A DNA stretch of 63,653 bases, the filler included, from Folioceros fuciformis (Eukaryota), in the NCBI GenBank assembly GCA_049999805.1. It is 10 parts of 10 records of this genome, joined end to end, with 100 filler letters (N's around TTAATTAATTAA, not from the genome) between each part and the next. Parts side by side here need not be neighbours in the genome. Positions count along the whole stretch, not along the records: positions 31,311 to 43,805 come from JBNGIO010005114.1; positions 43,906 to 48,572 come from JBNGIO010005115.1; 8 more parts are not named here. One strand, given 5' to 3'. The notes under the pieces are model-generated. The model did not search any database. It was not told the DNA's origin and saw only the letters and a program-made list of their open reading frames with translations. This document shows positions 34,104 to 46,310 of this stretch, piece after piece (position 1 is the first letter of the stretch; the number at the start of each line of letters is the position of its first letter). The position numbers and the translations under genes are program-made.

Positions 34104-34435
34104 TGTTGAGTTATCGAGCTCTATATGAGCTAAACTCATGTGGTGTTAGTTATCCCAGTTGGATTCATACTAGACTAGTTCTAGTTATTAGTGAACTTAG
34201 GATAGTGTAGATTATCCCATATTGAACCTGGAAGTTGTGTAGCCCTAAATGTACTACTTAAATGGAGACCTCGGACCTCCATAGTAAGACAGTGGTGATG
34301 TGTATTGTTTTCATGGTTGTGATCACCAATACCACCCTCTCTTCTCTCCTCTCCTACACTTGCACGTAGACTGGAGTCGATCCTATTGACATTCCTATGG
34401 TGCCTTACGGCGTGGCTAAGTGTATGTTTGCAACA
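34104..34435 (+). repeat. 3' LTR (332 bp)
   Basis: TGTTG...CAACA termini directly after the PPT. Confidence 0.85.
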
Positions 34436-35488
34436 AATCCTTGGAAGCCAGCTTATGTGGTTACCGATCCAATGTCCATGTGGGCAACTTGCAAGCATCC
34501 ACAAGGACAACAAGGTTTTTTATGTAAGCACGTTGTGAAAGTTTAGCAGATGCTTGGGGTGTTTACTCATACGTCAGCCCTTAGTCGCAAGTTGTCAGCC
34601 CTTAGTCGCAAGTTTGCAGCTAGTAACAGAAAGGAAGGAGAGGAAGTGGACACAACATTACGGTTAAATTGGCTTCACTTTACACATGACAATGAGACTA
34701 CCTTCCCAGCTTCATTGGATGAGTATTCTATCCCAAGTGTACCACCTCCAGTTGAATGTCATAAGCCTAGATATCAAGAATTGAAGGAAAAGAAGCTAGT
34801 GAGTGTGGAACAAGGGTGCAAGGACATTTGGGATTGTGTGTACATGCACGATGGTATTGTGTTTGAGGCTGATGTCCTTGTGCAGAATACTTTGTTGGCT
34901 GTGAAGCAGCTCATAGCCCAAATGCAAGAGACTGGCAGACAGCCGGAATGCAGGTCATTACAACCTTTTATACCAGTTGAAGGACCAAGCAATGCAGCTA
35001 GGTTGAGACCTTTCTTTTCCCCTCCCAAGGGAAAAAAGCAGAAATTCACTTGGAATGTAGAAGGTAGCAAAGAGAATGCATAGAGGCCAATGGTAGATAA
35101 TTACATGCCTTGTTTTCCATGACAATGGCAGGGTTGTACGCCTTGGTTTTTCTCTCTAGAGGAGTACCTTGGCTTCCATGTTTTTGTTGCTTTGTGGATT
35201 TAGTTTCCATTCACTATAGTGGCTTCTTGCCTCCATGACCTTCTTACTTGCGGCATTCATATCCATGGAGCTCAGGCTCCTGTAGCCTATAAATCCATGG
35301 GGCCTATAAATCCATGGGGCTCAGACTCCTGCAATGTCAAATCCATGGGGCTCCGGAGTGCAATGGCAAATCCATGGCAAACCTTCTATGCTCACGAAAG
35401 TAGACACACACTTGCCTATCTCTGCCCGTGGAAGCCAAGAAACGAGACTTGGTTCTGCCTTGTGGAAGAAGAAGAGGTACTTGGTTCC
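34436..35488 (+). mobile_element. 3' remnant of a MULE-like element (SWIM zinc-finger region, C-terminal ORF, candidate TIR)
   Basis: Immediately after the LTR: AYVVTDPMSMWATCKHPQGQQGFLCKHVVKV (eroded CxC...CKH SWIM), continuing to 35083. Subterminal AATCCATGG repeats. Candidate end GGTACTTGGTTCC at 35488. Confidence 0.6.
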
Positions 35489-36213
35489 AGGCATACGCAA
35501 GTCAATATTTTATTGTAGATATATACGTATTCGTATATATATATATTTTGTGTAGTGTAATAGTGTGCGCTTTAGAACAAGGAAGTAGTTCGCTCGTGAT
35601 CTGCAATGCCAGCCCGTTTTTCTCAGCGATAACCCACGGCTTGCCCGTGCCGCTTTATTTCACCCGTTGCCGGTGCCCTGCAAAACCATAAGTATATGCT
35701 GACCGTATCCTTATGCACAAGCCATGGGATGTCATGCATGAAGCATGGCACGGCTCCACGAGTGGATCGGTGGGGCCCAGACCTAGCCACCTGAGTTTTA
35801 CGGCTAGCCGGCTAGTTCGGCAAAGACTGATGAGAGTTTTATGGTAGACTGGTAGACACGTTGTACGGACAGACAGCCGTCCAGCCATGCACAAGAACCT
35901 CGGGTCCTGGTAGGGCCCCAGACTGTGTGACGTGTTTCACTTTCACCCTAATACCGTACCTAGTACCTGGACATCCTGAAAATGGCTATCGTACTCGTGG
36001 GCGTTCCAGCAACGTCGGGTCGTGGAATTGTGAAACATCACCCTCCCCTGTCGATCGGGGATAGAGGCCGGAAGGTTGGTGGACACTCCAACGGTGAGCC
36101 CATATGCCACGCCACCTTCCTCCATTCATGGACTGGCTGGCATCGCATTGCCCTTGGAACACAAGTCTATTTGTACCTCACAGAGACACTAGTGATCAAG
36201 TAAAGTTGTGACC

Positions 36214-37691
36214 ATGAGCTGGAGAGGGCCGGGGAAGGGGGCGGTCCTGCTGTGTCTGGTTGTGCCGCTGTCGCTATGGGCGGCCATAGCGCCGGCGGCA
36301 GGAGCGCCAATGGAGCCGGACTTCGCCGACTGCAACACGAAGCCTGTGTGGACCATCCCCAACCCCGGCAACCTCAATCCCAATTGCTGCAAATTGGAAG
36401 CGCTTCTTCACAAGCAGGGTCCGGTGTACAAAACCTGGCAGCAGTACCTGGAGCAGAATCCGCTCCCTGAACGACCCCGGGTGCGGCGGGCGGCGCATCT
36501 GGTGGCTGACAACCTCACCTACATCGCGCAGCTGGACCTGGCCTTTCGCCGCATCAAGGCCCTGCCGGATTCAGACCCGAGGTCGCACTTCCAGCAGATG
36601 AACTTCCATTGCATCTACGGCACAGGTGTGGTGGTGCACCAGGCCGGCCGCCCCGATCTACCTTACACCACGCACGGGAACTGGCTCTTCTTCCCCTTCC
36701 ACCGCTGGTACGCCGGATTCCTTGGCCTTGCAACCAATTGTGGCCATTTCTCTCTTGTGTCTTTGCTGGTGGGTGCTCAGAGACATCTGGTTGCGATTGG
36801 TGCTTTCCCGTCCAGGTACACGTTCTTCTACGAGAGGATCCTGGCCAAGCTGGTGGGCGACGAAGACTTCGCACTGCCGTTCTGGAATTGGGACAACCAA
36901 ACCCCGGACGAGCGGCACCCGCCCAATACCATCCCTCTCTACTTCCGAGATCCCGACAGGTATCCGGGCCTCTACCACAAGTACCGCGATGGGCGTCACG
37001 AGCCGGGAGCTCCGCCCGCTGTGGTCGACCTCGACAAGGAGTCCGTGCGAGCAGGCAGGGACGCCGTCACAGCGAAGGACATTGCCATCACCCGCGCAAA
37101 CAACAACGCACACCTGCGGGACATCATCGCGGGCAATGGCGACCGGGAGACCTTCCTCTCCCACCCTATGCGGGCAGGACAAGGCACCCTGGGTTTCGCG
37201 GCCTGGGACGACACCTTCGAATCCAAAGCGCACATCGCCGTGCATTTCTGGATAGGAGATCGCCAACAATACTTTGCCGACATGGGTGTAACGTACCACG
37301 CCGTTCGAGACCCGCTCTTCTTCCCGCACCACGCCAACGTCGATAGGCTATGGAACGTCTGGCAGGTTGGTATCCACCTTCAAGATGATTCTCTCTCCCA
37401 CTAACAGACGCAAACAGTAAGCAGCCCGCCTGCTAATCGAATATGTGGTGGCCATCACCTGTCCAGGGACTGCAGGGGAAAGTGGGCTACGATGATCCGG
37501 ACTACTTGGACTCTGCCTTTTACTTCTACGATGAGCACGGAGAGCTTGTGAAAGTCACTGTGGCCGATTGTCTTGATTCCGACAAGCTCAAATACATTCA
37601 CGAGGACGTCGAGAATCCCTGGATCACGTACGATCCTGCTGCTGATGCGCATCTGTTTTTCACCACCTCCACTGCACATTCGCAAGCCTGA
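36214..37691 (+). CDS. PPO: Polyphenol oxidase (type-III copper tyrosinase family), short secreted type. Exons 36214-36707, 36816-37365, 37467-37691; 422 aa
   Basis: ACCATG start and hydrophobic N-terminus. DFADC...NCC. CuA: HCIY, THGNWLFFPFHRWY. FALPFWNWD. CuB: ESKAHIAVH, DMG, RDPLFFPHHANVDRLW. DWL-type domain DPDYLDSAFYFYDE...VTVADCLD. Both introns are GT-AG and splicing gives an open frame of 1269 nt. Confidence 0.93.
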
Positions 37692-40600
37692 TGTGCAAAG
37701 TTCCGCTTGCTCACACTAACTGTCCAAGGCTTACTCCAAACTTGGCCGCAGCAAGACCACCGTTTTCGAAGTCGTGGGGGCTCCGTTTAGAAATTGCCGC
37801 CCGCTGTGGAATATAGCTTTGCATGTCGTAGAATTTTAAGCGCCTGCGCTATTTCGACCAAATATTTAAGCCAATGCCCTATGGCTGCGATTTTTAGAGA
37901 TATACTGTATCTACACAGGTCTCTGGGATTTGAGAATCTGGAATTGTGAATTGTGACATGTGAAAAGCTGCGACTAAAATTGCAATGCGCATAAATTGTA
38001 TACCTAGGGCGTTCGCGAAATCGTCTTCCTTCCTACATCCCACCTTCCACACAGCCATTTACTTTGTGCAATCTCGGTGAGAGCGGTGATGAATCTTGCA
38101 TGCAGTGGGCCAGTGGACGTTGCAACTGAAACCGCTCCACCCCACACTCCGCCAATTCGTGCTACTTTTCAATCTGCGCTGACGCAGCTTCTCCAACCTT
38201 GCCACGATTCTGCTCGCAAGCGCAAGGCCAAATCGGCTGAAGAGGTTAGTAGCCTGTCAAAATTGCGAAGCTCTCGGGAACATGTGCCTCTCGCTACTTG
38301 AGTCCGCAGCTAATTTGCACCAACTGCGAACACTTCGGAACTGCTGTTCCATCCTTGGAACACCGTTCTACCAAGCTGAGCAAAGGCTCCGCTTGCTGCA
38401 TCCGCGCGATTTAACAGACGAGAACACTCGGGTGGCCTTCAGGAATTGGTAACATGGATCTCGTGTGCTGCCTGTTGCGGGATGCTCAGTGGCATACCCC
38501 TTGGCTATGGGGACACATCGGCATGACACAAAGAGTAGGTGTGGAGCATGTGACACGCTCGGCTCGCTGTCCTTTTCGGTGTGCCCGACTTTGCGAAGTC
38601 AAGGAGCTTTCGCAAAAAGCAGCTATCCTAGTAACTCAGGGAGATGGAGTCGTGAATCGCAAATGGCGGAAGGGCATAGGGTTCACTTGTGTGGAGAAGG
38701 AAGTGGCCACGACTGTCATCCATCAGTCGGTTGGGGTATAGAAATCCATTTCCACAGTTTCAGCTATGCTTGGCTTCAAACCTGCGCACCCCCGCTGCCA
38801 GGTCAGCGTTCGAGCAATTGTGCGCCGGATCCAGCGTCAATGGGATTCCTGATGTCGCTGAGGGTGATGAGGCTGTCGCTCGTGCTGGAGTTGTCGAAGG
38901 CGGTGTCCTGGATAGCTATGCGAGTTTGTGTTGCGATTCAGGAAGCGAGACGAGGTGGGCACCGCCCGGCGCCTCTATCCCCGCCCTTCTCTCCGCTTCT
39001 ACCCTAAATCACGAGTGCCATCTCGGAGCACCGACTTTTCTGACGATGTAAGGAAGGGAGGCGTCCGTGCCCGCAATACCAGGCGGCAACTGCTGGTGAA
39101 ATTCCTTCCCGTGCCACTCATCATCAAAGTTGCTAAAAGCTTCTGGTGTATTGGCGCAGACTTGGGCGGTGAGGAATTGGCTCGCCGAGCTGAAGGCTTT
39201 CTCAACATGCACTCCTACTGTGTTCCACGGCCCCTCCTTCAGCTCAGCAGAAGCGCATGGTAGCGGAAATGGTTTGTCTAAGGTGGTGAAAGTTTCACTT
39301 CATCGGGTACGTTGTGCAGTGGGCACGAGCATTGTTTGTCGGAGTTTTTTATCTTAACTTGTCATCACACCAGTCCTGCCACTCTGGTTGCCATCCTTGG
39401 TGGTGCACGCCATGCTGCGGCAGGGCAGGCAGTTGCCAACCGTCGTTGTGCACACCATGCCGGTCAGACGGCGAGCTGGAGAACGGCAGAACGGGCACTG
39501 ACAGCTTTTGTCCCGTGATCAGCAAAACTGCATCCCGTATGTAGCCCCCCATCCGGGTAAAACTGCGTGCCTGCACTTACACATTCCCGAACTGGGTACA
39601 GTCATGCCTTCTTCTTCCATAGTACCGTACAGAGAGGTATGGCTTCTCTCCTCATTCAATACCTGTTGGGCACATCCAATCACGGCGGTTCGGGTCAGCT
39701 TATTTTTCTCCCCAAGTTTGTCAAACACAGGTTGTCCGCTCTTCCAAGCTCCTGTTACACTATTCCCTGCTGGTTCAGACGCCAGCCTCAACGGGAGGCT
39801 CCATGTACGTTTACTGGCTATGCCTCCTGTTAATCAAGTACAAGAGTTTGGTTCTCTAGATGGCAAACTGGCAGACACGATAGATGTGTCTGAAGTTTGT
39901 TCAACAAACTCCAAACAAATCCCGTTTGGCACGATCCGTTGACTTGATCTGTCAACATTCCTGACCATATTGAATGTTGACAAGAAAAGCAGGTCAGATA
40001 GACCAAACCCTCTTTGTCTGTACACCTGCAGCTCTAGCCTGGCTGACCGCATGCACTAAGTAGCCTTTTCCTCCAATACCTACACACTGTATCTCCTGGA
40101 TGCCTAATCCCACATCTGGGTGCCGGCATAAATTTTTCAGACCAATGTCGCATCTTCCTTGTCAAGCTTCCCCGCTCACTTGAAAGCATATGCGATCCAC
40201 GTGGATGCACCTACACTTTCGACACGGACCCAACATGGGTGCCAAATTGCAGCGTTAAGCACAACCAGCATCGATCGTAGCCAAGGTAGTCGTTCTGGGC
40301 GAATGCAGCCCCGTGCAAAGGTACACCAGGCAATTTTGTTCATGAAAGGGTCAAGCAAAGACAGCAAAAGGCATGTCCACGAAACCGTGCATCAGGATCA
40401 AAGTCAGGGTTACCGCTCAACGACTCAGATTGAAAGGTAAAAAATAAGGCTTTCTGGAGCTGAAGTACCATAGTCGGAGGTGTAAAGCAGTTTGTTCCAG
40501 CAAAGAAACACGTCCTTGGCTTCTAGCAAAAGGACACTGTGACAACAGAATGAGGAGGAAACCGAGCTTCCAAAGCGAAGGCCAGAGGCTACCCAGCAGA

Positions 40601-40949
40601 TCCTCTGGGACGACGAGGAAAACTTCCAAGCGGTGAGTCCCACTCTGCAGCCAACATCTAGGAGCCTTGGCAGGCCTGGGCATTGAAAACAGCAGTTTCA
40701 CTTCCTCGGCTTGCTGAGACCTGAGCACGTGTGCAGGTTCCAACTTTTATGAATTTGCCCCTGGAGTCATTAACATGTATAACAAACAAACACCGACCCC
40801 GGATGATACTTTGCTGTGGATGTGCCACTTCGTTGATTCAACGTGTCAGGCTCCAGACCTAGTTTTCCGCGTCTTTTCCAGAAACATAGGTTTTGTGCAG
40901 TGTCATCCAGAAGTTTCCCCAACCTCTATTCCCTGAGTTGCTAGTTGCT

Positions 40950-41060
40950 TTCCGAAATTTGAGTGTATGACATAACTTCCGAAATTTGAGTGTATGACAT
41001 AACTTCCTGGTGAAGAGGAGGACGAATTAGCAAATTTTGCGACGAATTAGCAAATTTTGC
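40950..41060. repeat. Two adjacent short tandem duplications (27 bp x2 and 20 bp x2)
   Basis: TTCCGAAATTTGAGTGTATGACATAAC twice, then GACGAATTAGCAAATTTTGC twice. Confidence 0.9.
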
Positions 41061-43246
41061 TGACAAGGGAAGAAGAGTGGAAGGGTTGGCACAAGGCGGG
41101 TATGGAGCTTGCTGGTAACACTGCTGTGTCATCCGTGTAGCGTTCGTATCCGTATTCCATATCTTTTGGTTGAAGGGAAACTTTCATGTACGAATATAAA
41201 TACTTTGAATTTATTAAAAGTTATTTTTTACTACATAGAAATAAAATCTTATATCATTTGATTTATGAAGTATATTAATATTTTCAAGTTTTTAATATAA
41301 AGTATAATATAAATAAAAGATATATTCTCTACTATATAAAATAGAAAATCATTTTTCTCTTGGAAAAAAATCTAAAAATAATTTTTCTCAATAACTAGGA
41401 TTCTTTGGTACTTTTGTTTTGAAAAATACTCCAATTCTTCCAAGGTCCATTGGGGACAAAGTCCAGGTCTGATCCCCGCGTTTATTATTTGTTTTTCCCG
41501 TTTATTTTCCCTTTTTTTCTCCAATACCTTTAAGTTTCCAGATTTTGCATAGTTCAAGTGCTGCTTGTAGCGAGTCAGATCTTCTAGGTGGAAGTGGTGC
41601 TCAGGAGCTGCTGTTATGTGGACACTTTCCAGCCATCACGGAGGTGCCCTCCGCGTTGAAACACATGCGATTCCCAAGAATTCACTTGATTGTGAGTCTC
41701 TTGTGTATATCTTGTAGCTAAGCGAGATGGAGCACCTGCTAATCCAAGCTCCAAGAAGGCTACCAGCCGCGGAGTTCCAAGCAGACTCCGAGCTGGTGAC
41801 AGTATTCGTCTTTTTGGGCCAGACAACGCAACCGTTCTGATGCCCTAGCCACTTGAGGGGATGAAGTTCAACGTGATCGTGATTCTGTCTGCACCCTTCC
41901 CCCGGCTTGAAATGCACTAACCAGCGACACTGAAAGTGGACCGCGCTTCTTTCTCCGAGCGTGAGATAGAGCGATGGTGGGCAAAGAAGCGGCTGGCCCT
42001 GACCAATAGCCTCTAAAAACCGCACTTCGCAAACTGAACGGACTTTTACAGACATGGTAGCCAATCCTTCGCTTCCCAGGGTACAGATGTGTCTCCAGCT
42101 GCTGCGGTTGCTCTGACCACATGATTGTTCCAGCTGCTACATTACCTTGAAACCTGACGCACCATCGAAGAGGCTTGTAGAGGAGTCTTAGAGCCGAACT
42201 GTCCAACACCGTGAAAGACCAAGAACTGGATCGCTGCTCTCGGAACCAAGCACTCTCTCGCCAATATGTGGCTTGTAGGCTCAGACAGAACACATGTGAC
42301 TGTAACAAAAGCAAGGAGCGGGTTGACCGTGACGTATTTTGGACCTTCCCCACGACTGTCGAAGAAAGGTAATTGGGAGTCTGTCAGAGAACAAGTATTC
42401 CTTGCCGAACGCTGTTCCGTACGGTGCAGGAAGTTGAAGTGTATAGTATGGTGTGTGCAGTCAGTTCATATGCGGAGTATGGCATTGCATGTGTGTGGGT
42501 CCTGTGAGACGAGTACGAAGGCAGCTCCAGTTGAAAGGCATTTACAGTTTTTACCGTCGACAGTCATCCAGATGGGGAATTTGTGAGCATTCAAACAAGA
42601 GTCGATGGACTCCTACATAGTGTCCAGCAAATCTTTGTCAGCATCAATTCTTACCTCTTGACTTTGTGCTGCGCAGCGAATGGCTGATACGTACGTTGCC
42701 GCTGGCGTATCGAATTTGCAACACGAGATAAAGTGAAACAATTGTTGCAATGGTCAAGGGTGACACATCGTTTATGCTATTCAGAGGTGCTGTAACAGTT
42801 ACAAATTTGGTAAGACAGAGCTACTGCGAATCCAGGGTACATCGATCTACTGGTCACAGGAACATAAAACTCAGCCTATGAGTTGCGATTTGGAAGAGAC
42901 CGCATCCGCATTCAAGTCAAAGTATCAAGACATCATTATGGCGTTGTACTGTAATAGTTGACTACGAGATTTTCTATTTGTCGTGGACGTTGCCTTTATG
43001 GAATCCATCCTCGTTCGAGCAAAAAAATTTCTTAACCTGCTACTTAAATAATGTTGTACTGCCAATCAAGGGAAGTATGGGAGGTAACTGGTGGTCAAGC
43101 CAGGGATTTGTCTCTGATCGGTAATCAAAAGCTAACTCTTGTGACTTACTTTGTCTTTTCCTCAGCTTTTGATTCTCCTTCTCAGATTGCAGATGTGCAC
43201 GTTCTCCTTTCCTTCGTCCAAATTTCCTTCACTTTGCCGGGACCGG

Positions 43247-43805
43247 CTAGGTAAGGGTTTCGTTGTGCGGTGAGGGGACGTCCAAGTAGAGCTCTGGGGA
43301 TTCGACGGCGGCATCGAAGTTGAGCCAAGGATTTTCCACATCCTGGAATTCGTACTTGAGCTGCTTATAATCCAAGCATTCTGATACCGTGACTTTCACA
43401 ACGTCCCCGTTCTCGTCGTAGAAGTAGAAGAAGGCGTTCAAAAAATCTGGGTCGTCATAATTGTGCCTTCCTTCCAGCCCCTGCAAACAGTATTCAAACA
43501 TTTGTAAAGTCAGTCAAGGCCGAGAATGATCAACTTCTAATGTGGAGCAACCGAACCATGACATGTTTGCAGGTATAGGAGTGTCGAGGGCAATGGGCAA
43601 TGACCAGCCAGACGTTCCATAGTCTGTCCACATTAGCGTGATGTGCGAAGAATGTAGGGTCTCGAACGGCGTGGTAGGCGACGCCCATGTCGGCGAAAGA
43701 ACGAGTCCTATCACCCATCCAGAAATGCACAGCCGTGTGCGCTTGCGCCTCGAACGTCGTGAGCCAAAGCTGGTAGGTTTCATCGCTCTGGCCCTGCCCC
43801 GCGCG
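43247..43805 (-). CDS. PPO: Polyphenol oxidase paralog, 3' part only (exons >43805-43605 and 43480-43247)
   Basis: FEAQAHTAVHFWMG...DMGVAYHAVRDPTFFAHHANVDRLWNVWL, then GT-AG intron 43604-43481 at the same position as in the first PPO, then GLEGRHNYDDPDFLNAFFYFYDENG...VENPW. Confidence 0.92.
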
Positions 43806-44979
43806 NNNNNNNNNNNNNNNNNNNNNNNNNNNNNNNNNNNNNNNNNNNNTTAATTAATTAANNNNNNNNNNNNNNNNNNNNNNNNNNNNNNNNNNNNNNN
43901 NNNNNGTATAGAATTCTCCTCATCCTTCTTCTCTAATGTAACGCTAAGGTGATGCACAACATGTGCTCTTCTTGATTCGCAACCGATTGTAGTACTGCAC
44001 AACTGTTGAGCATGACAAGAATCAAGCCTCCCTCAAATGTACAGCATGAAGGGGACAAGCCTCTTTGAAGCATAAAGGATAACCTCTAAATTGAGGAGAC
44101 AACGAGTCTATTTTGAAAAATAGAAGGATAATTTTATCGAATTAAAGAGCTTCTATAAAATGTGTTTACAGAGGTTGCAAATTTAATCTAATGATTAAAT
44201 CAAATTTTAAGATTAAATTTGATTGTTCGGTATTGTGAAAAAAAAGACACCTCAGTCATACATGTGCTCTGTTGAGGTCATCTTGACATCCTAGATTCTT
44301 CAATTCATAATAGATATGAGTGGCATCCATCACCCGTGCCCGCAACTCGGTGAGCCGCTCTACCAACTCTATCATGCATTCGTAACTTGTGCCCGTAACC
44401 CGTGAGCTACTCCGCCAACTCCATCATGTACTTAGGCTATGTTCTATCCCTTAAAGCCGATACCTGTGCGAAGGACCATGAGAGTTCTTCAACCACTGTA
44501 GCTAGCCCTCCCTGAGCTACATGAGTGACACCCTTCAACATTACGATGTTGTCAAACCAACTATTTGGTAGTAGCCAGGCTCGCAAGAAGGACACCCAAA
44601 TTTGGCCTCTACATAGACGTTGGGTCCGAGCACAAGGTTCTGAGCTGCCGGCGCCCTGTGCCTCCTACTAAACCCTTAATGACATCTTGCTTTGTTGAAA
44701 CCCCTCTTTGTAGTAGGAGATCGCCCTTCTTATAGATGCATAGAGGCAAGAAACTTGCACGATGTAGTCTTGATTTGCCTAATCATAATTGGTTTTGGGC
44801 ATAACATTCAACGAACATTGGTTTCTGCTTATTCAACAAACTTTGGTTTCTGCTCAATACTCACTTGCAACCATGATATGGCACACCTTTCCTTACCCAT
44901 ACAAATCATGGAATGCCAAAGTCTAAGCCACCCTTGTCTATAGAGCCAACACACAGCAGAACGGTAGCATGTGTTTGTA

Positions 44980-46310
44980 TACACCATGTTTACGGTCTTA
45001 AACAATCTGCTCTTGCTTGGTATCGTAAGCTCGATAATCACTTACAGTCTAAAGATTTCAAGAGAACTAGCCTTGATTGGAATATATATGTGAAGCAAGT
45101 GGGAGAATCCATTGTTATCATTGCTGTGTACGTGGATGACTTGATCATTGCTAGCAACAATGTGGAACTTTTAAACTCAACTAAGAGGAACCTCAAGGAA
45201 AGTTTTGATATGCGAGACATGGGCGAGCTCCATTATTTCTTAGGAATATAGGTGGAAAGACAAAGGATCAATAGGGTTATCTCCATAAGTCAGCAAACAT
45301 ATCTGGAGAACATACTAGAGCGTTTTGGAATGCAAGATTGTAAACTGATAAGAACGCCAACGAAAACGTGACAGAAAAAGTAAACAAAAATCTTTACCAG
45401 CGGGCTGTTGGCTGTCTCACCTATTTGGCAACAAGCACAAGGTCAGATATCGCACAGGTAGTGGGGGTTGTGAGCCAATTCTTGGTCAATTCTCAACAAC
45501 AGCATTATCAAGCAATCAAGAGAATTTTCAGGTATCTACAGGGTACAAAGCACTGGAAATTGACTTACCAAAATCAAAAAGAAGAAGCCCAGGTTGTTGG
45601 ATTTTGCAATTCAGATTGGGTAGGAGATGTCGATACCCGCAAGTCTATCATTGGATATGCCTTCATGATATTCGGGGGAGCTATCTCATGGAGTAGTAGA
45701 CGTCAACCCATAGTAGCACTATCCTCTACAGAAGCAGAGTACATGGCAACCTTAGCTGCAATAGTGGAAGCCATATGGCTTAGAAGATTGCTCGAAGAGA
45801 TGGGATTCAAGCAGAAGGGAGCAACCCTCATCTTCAATGACAAGCAAGGCTGAATTCATTTGGCCAAGAATGCTATTTTTCATGCAAGGGCGAAACACAT
45901 TGAAGTTAAGCATCATTTCATTAGGGAGAAAGTCCAATCTAAAGAAATAGAATTAGCTTACTGTCCTACAAAGAACATGCTAGCTGATGTTCTTACCAAA
46001 GGTCTAATCTTAGAGAAGCATATGAAGTTTAGCAAGATGTTAGGGTTAATTGAGTAAGATTTATAGGTTAGATCGTTGATGTGTTGAGTGGGAGTGTTAG
46101 AAATCCATAGGGTTTTGTAACAACACATCTAGACTAGAATGTTGTAAGTATATCCCAAGATTGTAAGTATATCCCAAGATATACCATGTTCGAGATATTG
46201 TTTATCTATAACAAGGTATTGTCATGCTTGAAGGCTATATATGTATGTATATGCTATCAATCTAAATGTACTGAATCATAGATTGATCTTGGGACTCACT
46301 GTTTTTAACA
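44980..46310 (+). mobile_element. 3' part of a degenerate Ty1/Copia (RT, RNase H, PPT, 216-bp 3' LTR at 46095-46310)
   Basis: Motifs [25 protein letters not shown] and LADVLTKG. PPT TTGAGTGGGAG at 46084-46094. LTR termini TGTTA...TAACA. Confidence 0.92.

Larger units (their letters stand above)
31311..34435 (+). mobile_element. Ty1/Copia, family B: INT-RT-RNase H, PPT and 3' LTR, nearly intact
   Basis: 731-aa ORF, one frameshift at ~33595, RNase H to 34090, PPT GAGGGGGAG at 34095-34103, LTR 34104-34435. Confidence 0.95.

Noticed and set aside
36609-37346. Long alternative-frame and antisense ORFs overlapping the PPO
   Set aside because: Expected shadows of GC-rich codon usage. No recognisable motifs.
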